Assembly: GCA_016210045.1 (NCBI GenBank) | Contig: JACQUX010000038.1 | Location: 165,139-229,138, forward strand | Reading direction: 5' to 3' | DNA from: Deltaproteobacteria bacterium | GTDB taxonomy: Bacteria; UBA10199; GCA-002796325; JACPFF01 | DNA length: 64,000 nt | Shown here: one piece after another, positions 1 through 8,954 of the stretch | Position numbering within the stretch: position 1 is the first letter of the stretch | How the letters are laid out: each line of letters opens with the position of its first letter | Made by a program: the position numbers and the translations under genes | Notes under the pieces: model-generated | What the model was told of the DNA's origin: nothing | The model's input: the letters and a program-made list of their open reading frames with translations, nothing else | The model's database searches: none

Positions 1-671
1 TGAGGACCGGTCGCAAAGCGGATCGTCGGCGTGAGATGGAGTGTGAACCAACCGGCGAAGCCGGTTAACGTGGCGTTGCGCGTGATGCGAAACGTCGGAC
101 TGAACTGCCATGCGGTCGCACGGGCGGTGCGAAATGCACACACGGGGCTGGTTTGTGGATTTGCGATGAGCTGCGCAGCGGGAATGGCTTCGTCCCGGAG
201 CTGCCACGAGCGACGCCACGAGACAAACTCGGTCGGCGCGATCGTGAGCGCGCAGCCGTGCGGAATGATGCGTCCGCCGGGCTTCAGCCAGACGCGCCGA
301 GCCGTGCAGAGTAGCGGGAGGATGTTTTCATCGAATCCGAGCGAGCCGAGCGTCTCGGTCATAATGGCGTCGACGAGTTTCTTTGGCCGGACGGCTTGCG
401 CGAGGCCGGCGTAAAACGTGATCCGATCCGCGACGCCGCGCGCAGCGGCCTCGTGCCGTGCGAGCGCTAATGTGTGCGGCTCGACTTCGACCGCATGCAC
501 ATGCGCCGCGCCTGCGTCGAGCGCCAGAAATGCGAGCGCGCCAGTCCCGGTGCCGAGATCGGCCACGATATCGCCGGGCCGCACGATCGCGCGGATCGCG
601 CGCGTATAGGCTTGCATTCGGACGGTATCATCGAGCAGGATTTGATGCCGATGCTGCAATACTCTTTTCAC
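1..671 (-). CDS. SAM-dependent methyltransferase, protein-arginine methyltransferase (PRMT)-like; 3' end runs off the window
   Basis: Not in the ORF track; translated by hand from GTG 671, which overlaps the M20 stop as GTGA. Shows LLDDTVRMQAY, motif I VADLGTGTG, HAVEVE, a double-E-like segment TETLGSLGFDENI, WLKPGG and GFAGWF. Confidence 0.8.
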   Translation of the reverse strand, partial: MKRVLQHRHQILLDDTVRMQAYTRAIRAIVRPGDIVADLGTGTGALAFLALDAGAAHVHAVEVEPHTLALARHEAAARGVADRITFYAGLAQAVRPKKLVDAIMTETLGSLGFDENILPLLCTARRVWLKPGGRIIPHGCALTIAPTEFVSWRRSWQLRDEAIPAAQLIANPQTSPVCAFRTARATAWQFSPTFRITRNATLTGFAGWFTLHLTPTIRFATGP

Positions 672-2005
672 GTCACAAATTCCTTCACCACATCATAAAG
701 CGTCCGCACGCCCCAGTGAAAGCCGTCGAGCGGGATCCGTTCGTCGTGGGCGTGTGCCAGCGCAACGACGTCAAAACCGCGCGGACAGCGCAGCGGCTGG
801 AAGCCGTAGGTCACGATGCCGAGCCGCTGATAGAAATGCGCATCGTCGAATCCGGTGATCATGAACGGCACGGCCCGCGCGCCCGGATCGGCCGCCGCGA
901 CGACGCGGGCAATGGTCGCAAAGAGCGGCGTGTCGCGCGGTTGCTCCAACGGCGCGCGATAGCGAATGACTTCGTACTCGTAACCGGGACCGAGCAGCAT
1001 TTGGAGCTCCGCCAAGAAATCGGCCTGTGTCTGTCCCGGGAGGATCCGACCGTCGACACTCAACTCCGCCTCCGACGGGATCACATTGACGGAATCGCCG
1101 CTGCCGGCCCGCAGACTGGTCGGGCATGCGGTGTTGTGGAGCGTGGCGAGTAGAAACGCGGTTTGTTGGTTCAGCGGCAATGCGCGTGCGCAATAGTCGC
1201 CGACGCCGCGAAGCGTGATGCCGCGCAGCCACCAACGTTGCGGTACCGGTGACGCCGCCGCGATGGCCTGCACAAAGTCGAGTGCGGCAGCGGTGCGATG
1301 GAGTGGTAAACGCCGCGTCGTTAAGCGGTGCAGCGCCTGTCCGAGACGGGCCACAGCCATATCGGCATGCGGTTTCGATCCATGGCCTGGCGTTCCGCGC
1401 GCGCGCACGTTCACCCAGACGATCCCTTTTTGTGCCACTTCGATCGGATACAGGCGTTGCGCGCCGATATGGAGCGTCATCCCGCCGACTTCATTCAACG
1501 CATACGCGGCACGGATCAGATCGGCGTGGTGTTCTACTAAATACGCGCTGCCGTACTGACAGCCCACTTCTTCGTCGGCCGTCGCGGCGAGAATCACGTC
1601 GCGTCGCACGCGGAGTCCGTGGCGCTTCAGCAGCAGCAGCGTCATCAGTTGGTAAATCGTCATCGACTTCATGTCGAGCGCGCCGCGGCCCCAAATATAT
1701 CCGTCCGCGAGCACGCCGTCGAACGGCGGATGGGTCCAATGCGCTGCCTCGGCGGGGACGACATCGACGTGCGAAGAGAGCAGCAGCGGGCCGTCCGTGC
1801 CGCCGGTCGTGTAGCGGCAGACCACGTTGGCACGACCGGGTGCGGGCTCGATGAGCTGCGGCGAGAATCCCTCGCGGGCCAATATTGCGGCCAGCCAGCG
1901 GGCCGCCGCGAGCTCATTCCCCGGCGGATTCGTAGTGTCGATCCGGAGCAGCTGTTGCAAATAGCCGGTCGCCTCGGCAGAGACTGAGTCCCACGCGATG
2001 TTCAT
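668..2005 (-). CDS. M20/M25/M40 family metallopeptidase/deacylase (ArgE/DapE/Acy1-like)
   Basis: Motifs SHVDVVP, GRGALDMK, DEE, GHGS and AHAHDERI. Confidence 0.9.
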   Translation of the reverse strand: MNIAWDSVSAEATGYLQQLLRIDTTNPPGNELAAARWLAAILAREGFSPQLIEPAPGRANVVCRYTTGGTDGPLLLSSHVDVVPAEAAHWTHPPFDGVLADGYIWGRGALDMKSMTIYQLMTLLLLKRHGLRVRRDVILAATADEEVGCQYGSAYLVEHHADLIRAAYALNEVGGMTLHIGAQRLYPIEVAQKGIVWVNVRARGTPGHGSKPHADMAVARLGQALHRLTTRRLPLHRTAAALDFVQAIAAASPVPQRWWLRGITLRGVGDYCARALPLNQQTAFLLATLHNTACPTSLRAGSGDSVNVIPSEAELSVDGRILPGQTQADFLAELQMLLGPGYEYEVIRYRAPLEQPRDTPLFATIARVVAAADPGARAVPFMITGFDDAHFYQRLGIVTYGFQPLRCPRGFDVVALAHAHDERIPLDGFHWGVRTLYDVVKEFVT

Positions 2006-2502
2006 GAACGATGTTTCTTGATGAAGTCGAGCCGCGCTTGGCGCCGTGCCTCGGCTCGACGGTAGCGCGCTTTATCTTCCGTTGCCTCGACGATCAAGCG
2101 CGGCACCGCGGCGGGCCGGCCTAAGTCATCCAGCGCGACCATGGTGAAATACGCACTCCCGACCTTATGGACGCGACCGGCCTTCAAGTCTTCCGCCTCG
2201 ACTAACACGCCGACTTCCATCGAGGTCGTACCGACATAATTGACTTGCGATTTGAGGATCAATACGTCGCCGATCCGCACCGGATGCAGAAAATTTTGTT
2301 GATCCACGCCGGCGGTGACGACGTTGCAGCGCGCCAGTCGCATTGCCGAGACGAACGCGGCTTCGTCGACCAACTTCATGATCTCGCCGCCGTGCACGTA
2401 TCCGTAAATGTTCGCTTGCGGCGGCTGCATGACTTTCATCATCGTATTTCGCGTGGCCCGAACGGGGATTCCTTCCAACTTCGCTAAGCGGCTTGTTTTC
2501 AT
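2002..2502 (-). CDS. Acyl-CoA thioesterase (hotdog fold, YciA-like)
   Basis: NIYGYVHGGEIMKLVDEAA, FLHPVRIGD and VGTTSMEV. Start placed at ATG 2502 behind AAGGAG. Confidence 0.88.
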   Translation of the reverse strand: MKTSRLAKLEGIPVRATRNTMMKVMQPPQANIYGYVHGGEIMKLVDEAAFVSAMRLARCNVVTAGVDQQNFLHPVRIGDVLILKSQVNYVGTTSMEVGVLVEAEDLKAGRVHKVGSAYFTMVALDDLGRPAAVPRLIVEATEDKARYRRAEARRQARLDFIKKHRS

Positions 2503-2581
2503 AGCGTGCTCGCTCCTTATGCAACTCGTCTCCGGACTGCAAGGCGAATCCCCCGGGACAGGGCACGTATAGATAAGAGAC

Positions 2582-2649
2582 GTCATCCTGAGCCGAAAGG
2601 CGAAGGATCCAGTGGGTTTTGTGGGATTCTGCGCCGCACTCAGAATGAC
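2582..2649. repeat. REP-like palindromic element of the GTCATCCTGAG...CTCAGAATGAC type
   Basis: Arms gtcatcctgag (2582-2592) and ctcagaatgac (2639-2649) with inner ggatcc/ggattc; intergenic. Confidence 0.75.
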
Positions 2650-2706
2650 AAATATGCGCGGGACATGACACGAAAAAAATGGAGCACGAATCTGATTTCA
2701 GTGCCG

Positions 2707-4446
2707 CTACGCAGCGGGTTCTTGGGCTGGGGCCGGCTCTGTCGGGGCCTCGGCCTCAGCTGCTGCCTTGGCCGCCGCAGCGGCTGCGGCGATGCTGTCG
2801 TAGTCGCGGAGCGCGGCGCCCACTAATGTCGGATTTTCTGATTCCAGCGCGACCAACGCCGCGCGATAGCGCCCTTCCGCGTGCCACGGTGTGCGGAGGA
2901 CAGCGATGCTGCTGAGTCCCAACAACATCTGCTGTGCGTTGGCGAAGGCCGTCGGCTGTGTTGCGGCCAACTCGCGCTGCGCGGTCAGCAACGGCACGAC
3001 GACGGCGTCGAAAAATGCGGACAAGCGGTCGGGGCGTGTCTCGATCTCGGCGATCTCTTCCTCGATGGCCGCGCGCTGTTCGGCAACGGCGAGCACGAGT
3101 GTATCGGGATCCCGAGCGACGAAGAGGCCAACGAGGCGAAGAAACGCGGCTCTCTCTGTTTCACCCATTGTGTTCAGTGCGGCGAGTGCCGCTTGGCGGT
3201 CCAATACGAGAGTGCGTTGTGCGCGAAGGATTTCCAATTGTGCGGTGTCGCGGGCCTGCTCTTCGCCCAAGTGTAGCAAATATACGCCGCTGCTGGCCCC
3301 TCCACGGGCGTAAAAGGTTACATCCGCATTGCCGAGCTCAGCGTAGCGCAACCATGCCGGGAGTGGTGTTTCGAGATACGGCGCATCTATGTTGAGTCGC
3401 ACGCAGCTCGCGGCATCAGCGCTGGTCTTGACGTGGGCGATGACGTGCTCCAGTCGTGCATTGCACAGCGCCTTCACGCGCGCCAAGGCCGCTTGTACCG
3501 CGGCGAGATACGATTCGCGATCCGCCTCGAGCACGCGCTGCGCCTCGGGCGTCAAGAATCGCAGTTTTCCTGCAATAATTTGGTAGGCCTCGCGGAGCCT
3601 TCCCAAGATTGCGACGTCCACGTCCGGGTCCGTCGATGCCGCGTCACCCAACTGGTCAAGCCGCTCCAGGCCTTGCAGGCCGCGTGCAAAGAAGTGGAGC
3701 GCAATCTCCTGCGGCCTTTTTTCATTGGCCGCGCCGTGTGCGTAACATGTTGCCGCGACAAAAGCGTCGCCAAGGAATTTCACTGCGGACGTTGGTTCCT
3801 CCAACAAAACCGCCAGCCGGGCGCCGAGCTCCATCACGTCGATCACTGCCGGTCCTTTGGATTTTTTATCATCCTGCACGAACCACATGGCGCTGCGAAC
3901 CGCGTCGGTATCTGCGTCGCTTAGTGGCAAGCCGGCGTTCTCCAAGCGATCCGCCAGACGCTGTGCGTTGGCGAGCGTGGCATTCACCGCGCTGCCGCGA
4001 TGCCTTGCCCGATAATGTTCGGCGACCACGGCCGGAACCTCAGCCGCCGTGGCATACTGTCCCGGCGAGAGACGTCGTGCGATGGCTTGCTGCCATCCGG
4101 GGAGTGCCGCGAAGGTCTCGCGCGGCATCCAGACCAAGCGGCGATAGAGTTGGACCGCCTTGAGTGCGCCCAACGAAGCTCCGAGACTGAGCACCGCCAG
4201 TGTAATGCCTCCGACCGTCGCGGTTGTGGCCACGACGTCGGTCGGTTCTCCGTTGCCTCCTTCCCCGAGCTTCGTCGAGAAGACGCCGAGCGGTCCCATC
4301 GGCAATGCGGCCATGCCGAATGTGGCCCGTTCCAATCCCTCTTTGACTCGCGCTCCAAGCGTGCGGCGTTGCGCCAGCGCTATTGCCTCGCCCGTGGGAT
4401 GTGAAATCGCTGTGGTCGTCCGACGCCTCAGTTGCACACGCTGCAT
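2707..4446 (-). CDS. Hypothetical helical protein with one hydrophobic segment; probably co-transcribed with the upstream Hint gene
   Basis: 579-aa ORF with GAGGAG RBS, 16 bp after the upstream stop; no family recognised. Confidence 0.7.
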   Translation of the reverse strand: MQRVQLRRRTTTAISHPTGEAIALAQRRTLGARVKEGLERATFGMAALPMGPLGVFSTKLGEGGNGEPTDVVATTATVGGITLAVLSLGASLGALKAVQLYRRLVWMPRETFAALPGWQQAIARRLSPGQYATAAEVPAVVAEHYRARHRGSAVNATLANAQRLADRLENAGLPLSDADTDAVRSAMWFVQDDKKSKGPAVIDVMELGARLAVLLEEPTSAVKFLGDAFVAATCYAHGAANEKRPQEIALHFFARGLQGLERLDQLGDAASTDPDVDVAILGRLREAYQIIAGKLRFLTPEAQRVLEADRESYLAAVQAALARVKALCNARLEHVIAHVKTSADAASCVRLNIDAPYLETPLPAWLRYAELGNADVTFYARGGASSGVYLLHLGEEQARDTAQLEILRAQRTLVLDRQAALAALNTMGETERAAFLRLVGLFVARDPDTLVLAVAEQRAAIEEEIAEIETRPDRLSAFFDAVVVPLLTAQRELAATQPTAFANAQQMLLGLSSIAVLRTPWHAEGRYRAALVALESENPTLVGAALRDYDSIAAAAAAAKAAAEAEAPTEPAPAQEPAA

Positions 4447-4462
4447 AGTGACTCCTCGATCA

Positions 4463-5935
4463 TTACAATTTCATGTTATGGGCCACGAACCAATGTTGCC
4501 CGCCGTCGGATGACACCAAATAGTTATGGATCGCTCCAGTCCCGAAGCCGAGATTGAAGAGTGCGAACGTCCCTTCCATGCTCATCGAGCCCGCCATCGA
4601 CAGCGCATAGGCCGATCCGTCCGGATTGATGAGCGTATCGCCTTCCTGCAATGCGCCCGCGTGGATCCAGCGTTCCGTGCCGTGGCGTTGTACGCGCAAT
4701 CGATGGATCGACGTCGTCTCGAGCGTGCCGAGTGCGCCGTTCGCGTCGGTCACGGCGAGCGAGAGCAGATCGGACGGAACGACGCCGTGCTGCATCAGTT
4801 GGCGCGGCGTCTGATACACGACGGCGCGCGTGTCCGGATCGAATCCCGCTACGGCCGGCAGTGGCTGTCCCGCAGCCTCCAACGCGGCGAGTGCGGCAAA
4901 CGAAATCGTGCCGCCGTCCGCCGTGCGCAGCACCGCGCGTTCGGTGAAACAGCCGCCGTAGCCCTTGTTGCAACTCCCGACGTCGAAGCTGACTTCCGTG
5001 TCGGGATAGATGCCAAACAGCCACGCGGCGTCGTTGAATTCGACGTCGATCGTGCCTTCACCCTCGCACGCCGCCCAGTCGCCATCGCTCTGCTGTGTGC
5101 GGCATTCAATGGTCTCGACAGACGCGAGGATCTCTGCCGTCTCAGTCCACTGGGTCGCAGCCGCAGCGGCCAGCGGCCGTAGGGCCTCCGGTACACCGAG
5201 CGCGAAGTACGTCATTTGTTTGATCTCGTCGCACCCCTGGCCCAACACCAAATCGCCCGGATCGCGCAATCCGCCTAAGCGCACATAAATGGACAGCCCG
5301 CGCGCGGAGAGATCGGCCAAATAGTCTTTCGTGATGGCCGGGGCCTGCGCGTACGGATGGCTCGCGGGATAATAACCGCGCGGATCGATCCCGCTGCGCA
5401 CCGAATGATCGAATGTGGCTTGGTCGACTTGCAGGACGTCTGCATCGCCGTCGCCCGGAACGCTGTTGAGGACCCACTTTCTTGCATACTCGCTGACCCG
5501 TGCGACCTCCAGAGACCAATCGAGCAACTCGGTGACCGCGCGCTGTTGCCCGATTGTGATGGGTCCGCCAGTGAGCGGTACAGCCGCGTAGCCGATCAGT
5601 CCGCGCAGATGGGCGCGATCGAATCGTTGCGGTGTCTCGGACGGCGTGGGAAGCAGGAAGTCGTCTTCACTGAGCATGCTGAACGGCGACACACGATCGA
5701 AGCGTTTGAGGATCGCGACGGCCTCGGGCGAGCAAAATATCGCGCTGGCGCTGCGTGAGATGGAGGTGAACGCGTCGACCGCCTCGCCACTGCCGGTCAT
5801 ATCCCAAATGGGATGTACTGCAGCACGGATGCACGGTGTCGGCGCCGCGGCCGTCGCCGCATTTGCCGTCGTTCCTTCCACTTCATATCCCGTCACCAGT
5901 TGCGCCAACGCTGTCCCGAGTCCAATTCCAACCAT
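4463..5935 (-). CDS. Protein with C-terminal Hint (bacterial intein-like) domain
   Basis: GG|CFTERAVLRTADG (block A), ETTSIH (block B TxxH), WIHAGALQEGD, LFNL..HNYLV (block F) and VAHN|MKL (block G). Start moved to ATG 5935 behind GGAGG. Confidence 0.82.
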   Translation of the reverse strand: MVGIGLGTALAQLVTGYEVEGTTANAATAAAPTPCIRAAVHPIWDMTGSGEAVDAFTSISRSASAIFCSPEAVAILKRFDRVSPFSMLSEDDFLLPTPSETPQRFDRAHLRGLIGYAAVPLTGGPITIGQQRAVTELLDWSLEVARVSEYARKWVLNSVPGDGDADVLQVDQATFDHSVRSGIDPRGYYPASHPYAQAPAITKDYLADLSARGLSIYVRLGGLRDPGDLVLGQGCDEIKQMTYFALGVPEALRPLAAAAATQWTETAEILASVETIECRTQQSDGDWAACEGEGTIDVEFNDAAWLFGIYPDTEVSFDVGSCNKGYGGCFTERAVLRTADGGTISFAALAALEAAGQPLPAVAGFDPDTRAVVYQTPRQLMQHGVVPSDLLSLAVTDANGALGTLETTSIHRLRVQRHGTERWIHAGALQEGDTLINPDGSAYALSMAGSMSMEGTFALFNLGFGTGAIHNYLVSSDGGQHWFVAHNMKL

Positions 5936-5970
5936 AAGTGCCTCCGCATGGGTTCCGTACTGTTCGCTGT

Positions 5971-5997
5971 ATATCGGCGTCACGAAAAAAGAGTTGC
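5971..5997 (-). promoter_or_regulatory. sigma28 (FliA/WhiG)-like promoter
   Basis: GCAAC-N14-GCCGATAT, 35 nt upstream of the Hint gene start. Confidence 0.7.
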
Positions 5998-6145
5998 TAA
6001 GAAAATGCCTGGCCGTTTCCGGGAGTCATTAGGGAACTCATGCCTGGCTTGAATACTCCGCAATCGACCCGCAGGGCTAGCGCCACGGGCGCGCTGATGG
6101 GGAGGCTCCAAATCCGCGAACGAGGACACGCGCACGCCGTCGTGC

Positions 6146-8380
6146 TTATGGCATGTTGCCTGCCGGGGGTGGGGGACAGTCTGGCATGTGCGGTTCCGCC
6201 GGGATATCGGCGGCGCAACGGAAGCCGATGAACTTGGAGCGCTGCGCGGGGTGCCACCGGCGGTCGGTGACATCGCGGATATCCGGGACCGTTTGATCGA
6301 CGGCGATCGCGTCGTCACACTCATTCAGCGGATCGGAGTCTGGATTGATATGATACGCATTGCCAACTACGACGGGTAGTCTGTCTCCGTCGAGTTCCGC
6401 GGTCAGTTCATAGACCGGACCGACCAGGTCGTGGATCCCCAACGGATTGGCCGGTGCGGTGGCGACGGACAACGGCCGCTTGGTGCCGATCGCCATTTCG
6501 TCGGCGCGTAGTTCGCCGCTGCGGGTGCCGAACTGGTTGTTCCCGCCGGCGGTCGCCAGATATTGCCATTCGGCTAGTGTGAGGAGCCGTTTGCCGGCGG
6601 AAAAGGCGAAGAAGAGGGCCTCCCAGAGGGTCACTTTGACGACCGGCTGATTGGGAGCGCCATGAGATTGGGGCAGCCGCCGTTGCGTGGCGACGGGGAC
6701 AATTCGCTCCACCTGCATCGCGTACGCATGGAAACGATGCTCGCTGCGATTCTGCCGAATCCACGCCTCCGCGTCGTTTTCGTTGCGGAAGCCGCCGACC
6801 AGCACGGAGTAGCGCCCGTCGATCTGACCGAAGACCGCGAAGGGCCTCGTGGCATAACGGCCGCAATGGGCATCGAAGGCCTCGTTCGTGACCACATGGG
6901 GATCACAGTAGAAGGGCGCGATGGCGACCACATGGAGGCTGCCGTCAACACCGCGGCTCGTGAAGCCCGTCATTCCCGCCACTTTGACCATTCCGATGAA
7001 ATCCCCGGTGCCATATTCCATGACCGTGTTCGGCGCGGCCAGTTGCAGCGGGTTCGGTGAGGGCGCGAAAGGCGTGCGCCGCACACGTGGAGCGGCCTTC
7101 CCAACCGCGCGCTGGGCTGCGGCCTTGGCCTGTCGTTCTTCCTGTGCCCGTGCAGTGCGCAACGTGTCGATTGCGGCCATCACCAACGCGCGCCGTTGCC
7201 GACGGCGGATCTGCCACCAGTGCGCCGATTCCGGCAGTAGATCCAACAGGGCCGCGAGGGCGGGGACCGCGTCGGTGGCGGCCAGAGTCGAGACATGGCG
7301 CACCGCGGCGGCGACTGTGGACCATCGGTTACGCACGGTGCCGGCGTCGAGGCCCCGCAGGAAGGCCACTTGATGTTGGGTCGTGACCTGCTGCTCCGCT
7401 TGGCGGATTAATTGGGCCTGCTCGCCGGCGCTGCGTTGATCGCGGCCGGCCAAACGGCGGAGATTGACGAGGGCAATCTGCTGGCCCTGCGTGAGGAGTC
7501 CAAATACGGTGAAGGGCTCATCGACCACGGTCCGACGAGTGGCTTCATCCAGTCCATAGAGGATCTCGCGGACGGCCAGTTCGCGCTCACGATCGGGCAG
7601 GACCTCCAACAGCGTAATCGAGAGGATGTAGAGCAGTAGATCGCTGGCGGCATTCAACTGGTGGGTGGGGTACTCCACGACGGTGTGGACCAGTCGGGAG
7701 ACCAGCCCGCGCAACAGGTCGCGCACAAATTCATACCGGCCGTCGACGGCGCGGATCACGTCGCCGCAATCGACGGCCAACATCTGACAGAATTGTTGCC
7801 ATGGCAGTTCGTCGCCCGCAAAGCGTTCCGGAAAGTCGCGCGGAAACATCATACGCAGGATGACCTCGCTTCGGTCCTCGGCCGCGGCGAGGTTCACGAC
7901 TCGACGCAAGTGATCGAAGTCCAGCAGGGAGCGCTCGGCAATCCATAACAGGCCATGATGGGGCGCGGCCGCCACCGGGCCCGAGGCCGTGGTCGCTAAA
8001 GCGGTTGACGGGCTGGTGGCATCAGTGACCGGGACTGCAGTCTCATTCGCGACAGCAGGTTCAGCGCTGGTCGGTGTAGGTGGCTGGGTCTCTCCGCTCA
8101 TACTGAAATGCGGCACTGCGGCGAAGCGAGTGCTGGCGGGTTCGGACGGTGACAGCGCGTGTGCAAAGGTTACTGGTCGATCCGGGACATGCGAAAAGGT
8201 GTCGCCGTTGGCACAGCGGAGGAGTGGCGCAGTGGCTGCATCCGGAGCGATCGGGTGGTGAGGCCGATGGGGAGCGGTCGGTGGTTGTGTTCGCGTCCGT
8301 AACGAAGGCCGAGTGGTCGCGCTAGTCCGCCCCCCCCCGTCTCCCCAGCGTCGCATGTGTGTCGTGCGTCTCCAACTCAT
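6146..8380 (-). CDS. Orphan protein with C-terminal FGE-sulfatase/SUMF1 (CLec-fold) domain
   Basis: PVVKVTLWEA..KRLLTLAEWQYLA, ANPLGIHDLVGPVYE and IGFRCA; long disordered N-terminus. Confidence 0.75.
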   Translation of the reverse strand: MSWRRTTHMRRWGDGGGRTSATTRPSLRTRTQPPTAPHRPHHPIAPDAATAPLLRCANGDTFSHVPDRPVTFAHALSPSEPASTRFAAVPHFSMSGETQPPTPTSAEPAVANETAVPVTDATSPSTALATTASGPVAAAPHHGLLWIAERSLLDFDHLRRVVNLAAAEDRSEVILRMMFPRDFPERFAGDELPWQQFCQMLAVDCGDVIRAVDGRYEFVRDLLRGLVSRLVHTVVEYPTHQLNAASDLLLYILSITLLEVLPDRERELAVREILYGLDEATRRTVVDEPFTVFGLLTQGQQIALVNLRRLAGRDQRSAGEQAQLIRQAEQQVTTQHQVAFLRGLDAGTVRNRWSTVAAAVRHVSTLAATDAVPALAALLDLLPESAHWWQIRRRQRRALVMAAIDTLRTARAQEERQAKAAAQRAVGKAAPRVRRTPFAPSPNPLQLAAPNTVMEYGTGDFIGMVKVAGMTGFTSRGVDGSLHVVAIAPFYCDPHVVTNEAFDAHCGRYATRPFAVFGQIDGRYSVLVGGFRNENDAEAWIRQNRSEHRFHAYAMQVERIVPVATQRRLPQSHGAPNQPVVKVTLWEALFFAFSAGKRLLTLAEWQYLATAGGNNQFGTRSGELRADEMAIGTKRPLSVATAPANPLGIHDLVGPVYELTAELDGDRLPVVVGNAYHINPDSDPLNECDDAIAVDQTVPDIRDVTDRRWHPAQRSKFIGFRCAADIPAEPHMPDCPPPPAGNMP

Positions 8381-8406
8381 AACGTGGCTCTCCTCTTGTT
8401 CCGTGT

Positions 8407-8433
8407 ATATCGGCCCTGCGAAAAAAAAGTTGC
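8407..8433 (-). promoter_or_regulatory. sigma28-like promoter
   Basis: GCAAC-N14-GCCGATAT followed by GAGGAG RBS and ATG 8380. Confidence 0.7.
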
Positions 8434-8465
8434 TGGATCAATGTGGGTAACTGGGAAACGTGCGT

Positions 8466-8930
8466 TTACGCCATCCACCCGCGCACCAGTGTGGCGAGCG
8501 CGTCCGGGGTGGGGTAGGTCCAGGGCCACACGCTCATCTGGTGCGCGAGCGTGCCGTCCGGTGTCACGAGCGCGACGCCGCGTTTGGGTCTCAGCCAGGA
8601 AGAAAGGCCGAGCGCGCGGAGCAGCACGGCCTGAGGATCGGCGATCAAGTCGAATGGCAGTCGATGCGTCTCGCGAAACTTCGTGTGTTGCTCCACAGTG
8701 CCGGTATTGATTCCCCACCACAGGCACGGCACGGCCTGCAGTGCCGCCCACATGTCGCGATAGGTGCAGAATTGTTTGGTGCATACCGGCGAGAAGTCGC
8801 CCGGATATGACAGAAACACCGTGTTCCGATCTGCGGCCAATATAGCCCGCACCGCTAACGCGCCACGTGTGGTTTCGAACGTCTGATCCAATATGTCCTG
8901 CAACGGAGCCACTGCTTGCGCCTTTCGCAC
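8466..8930 (-). CDS. bcp: Peroxiredoxin BCP/PrxQ family
   Basis: YPGDFSPVCTKQFC (PxxxS/TxxC) and LPFDLIAD. Confidence 0.8.
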   Translation of the reverse strand: MRKAQAVAPLQDILDQTFETTRGALAVRAILAADRNTVFLSYPGDFSPVCTKQFCTYRDMWAALQAVPCLWWGINTGTVEQHTKFRETHRLPFDLIADPQAVLLRALGLSSWLRPKRGVALVTPDGTLAHQMSVWPWTYPTPDALATLVRGWMA

Positions 8931-8954
8931 ATTCTACGCTAAGGCGAAAGTCCC

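Noticed and set aside
4475..4951. Canonical splicing intein or homing endonuclease
   Set aside because: The +1 residue is Met, the C-extein is only 3 aa, and there is no endonuclease domain
6146..6500. Complete diversity-generating retroelement
   Set aside because: A CLec-type fold is present, but no reverse transcriptase or template repeat was seen in the window
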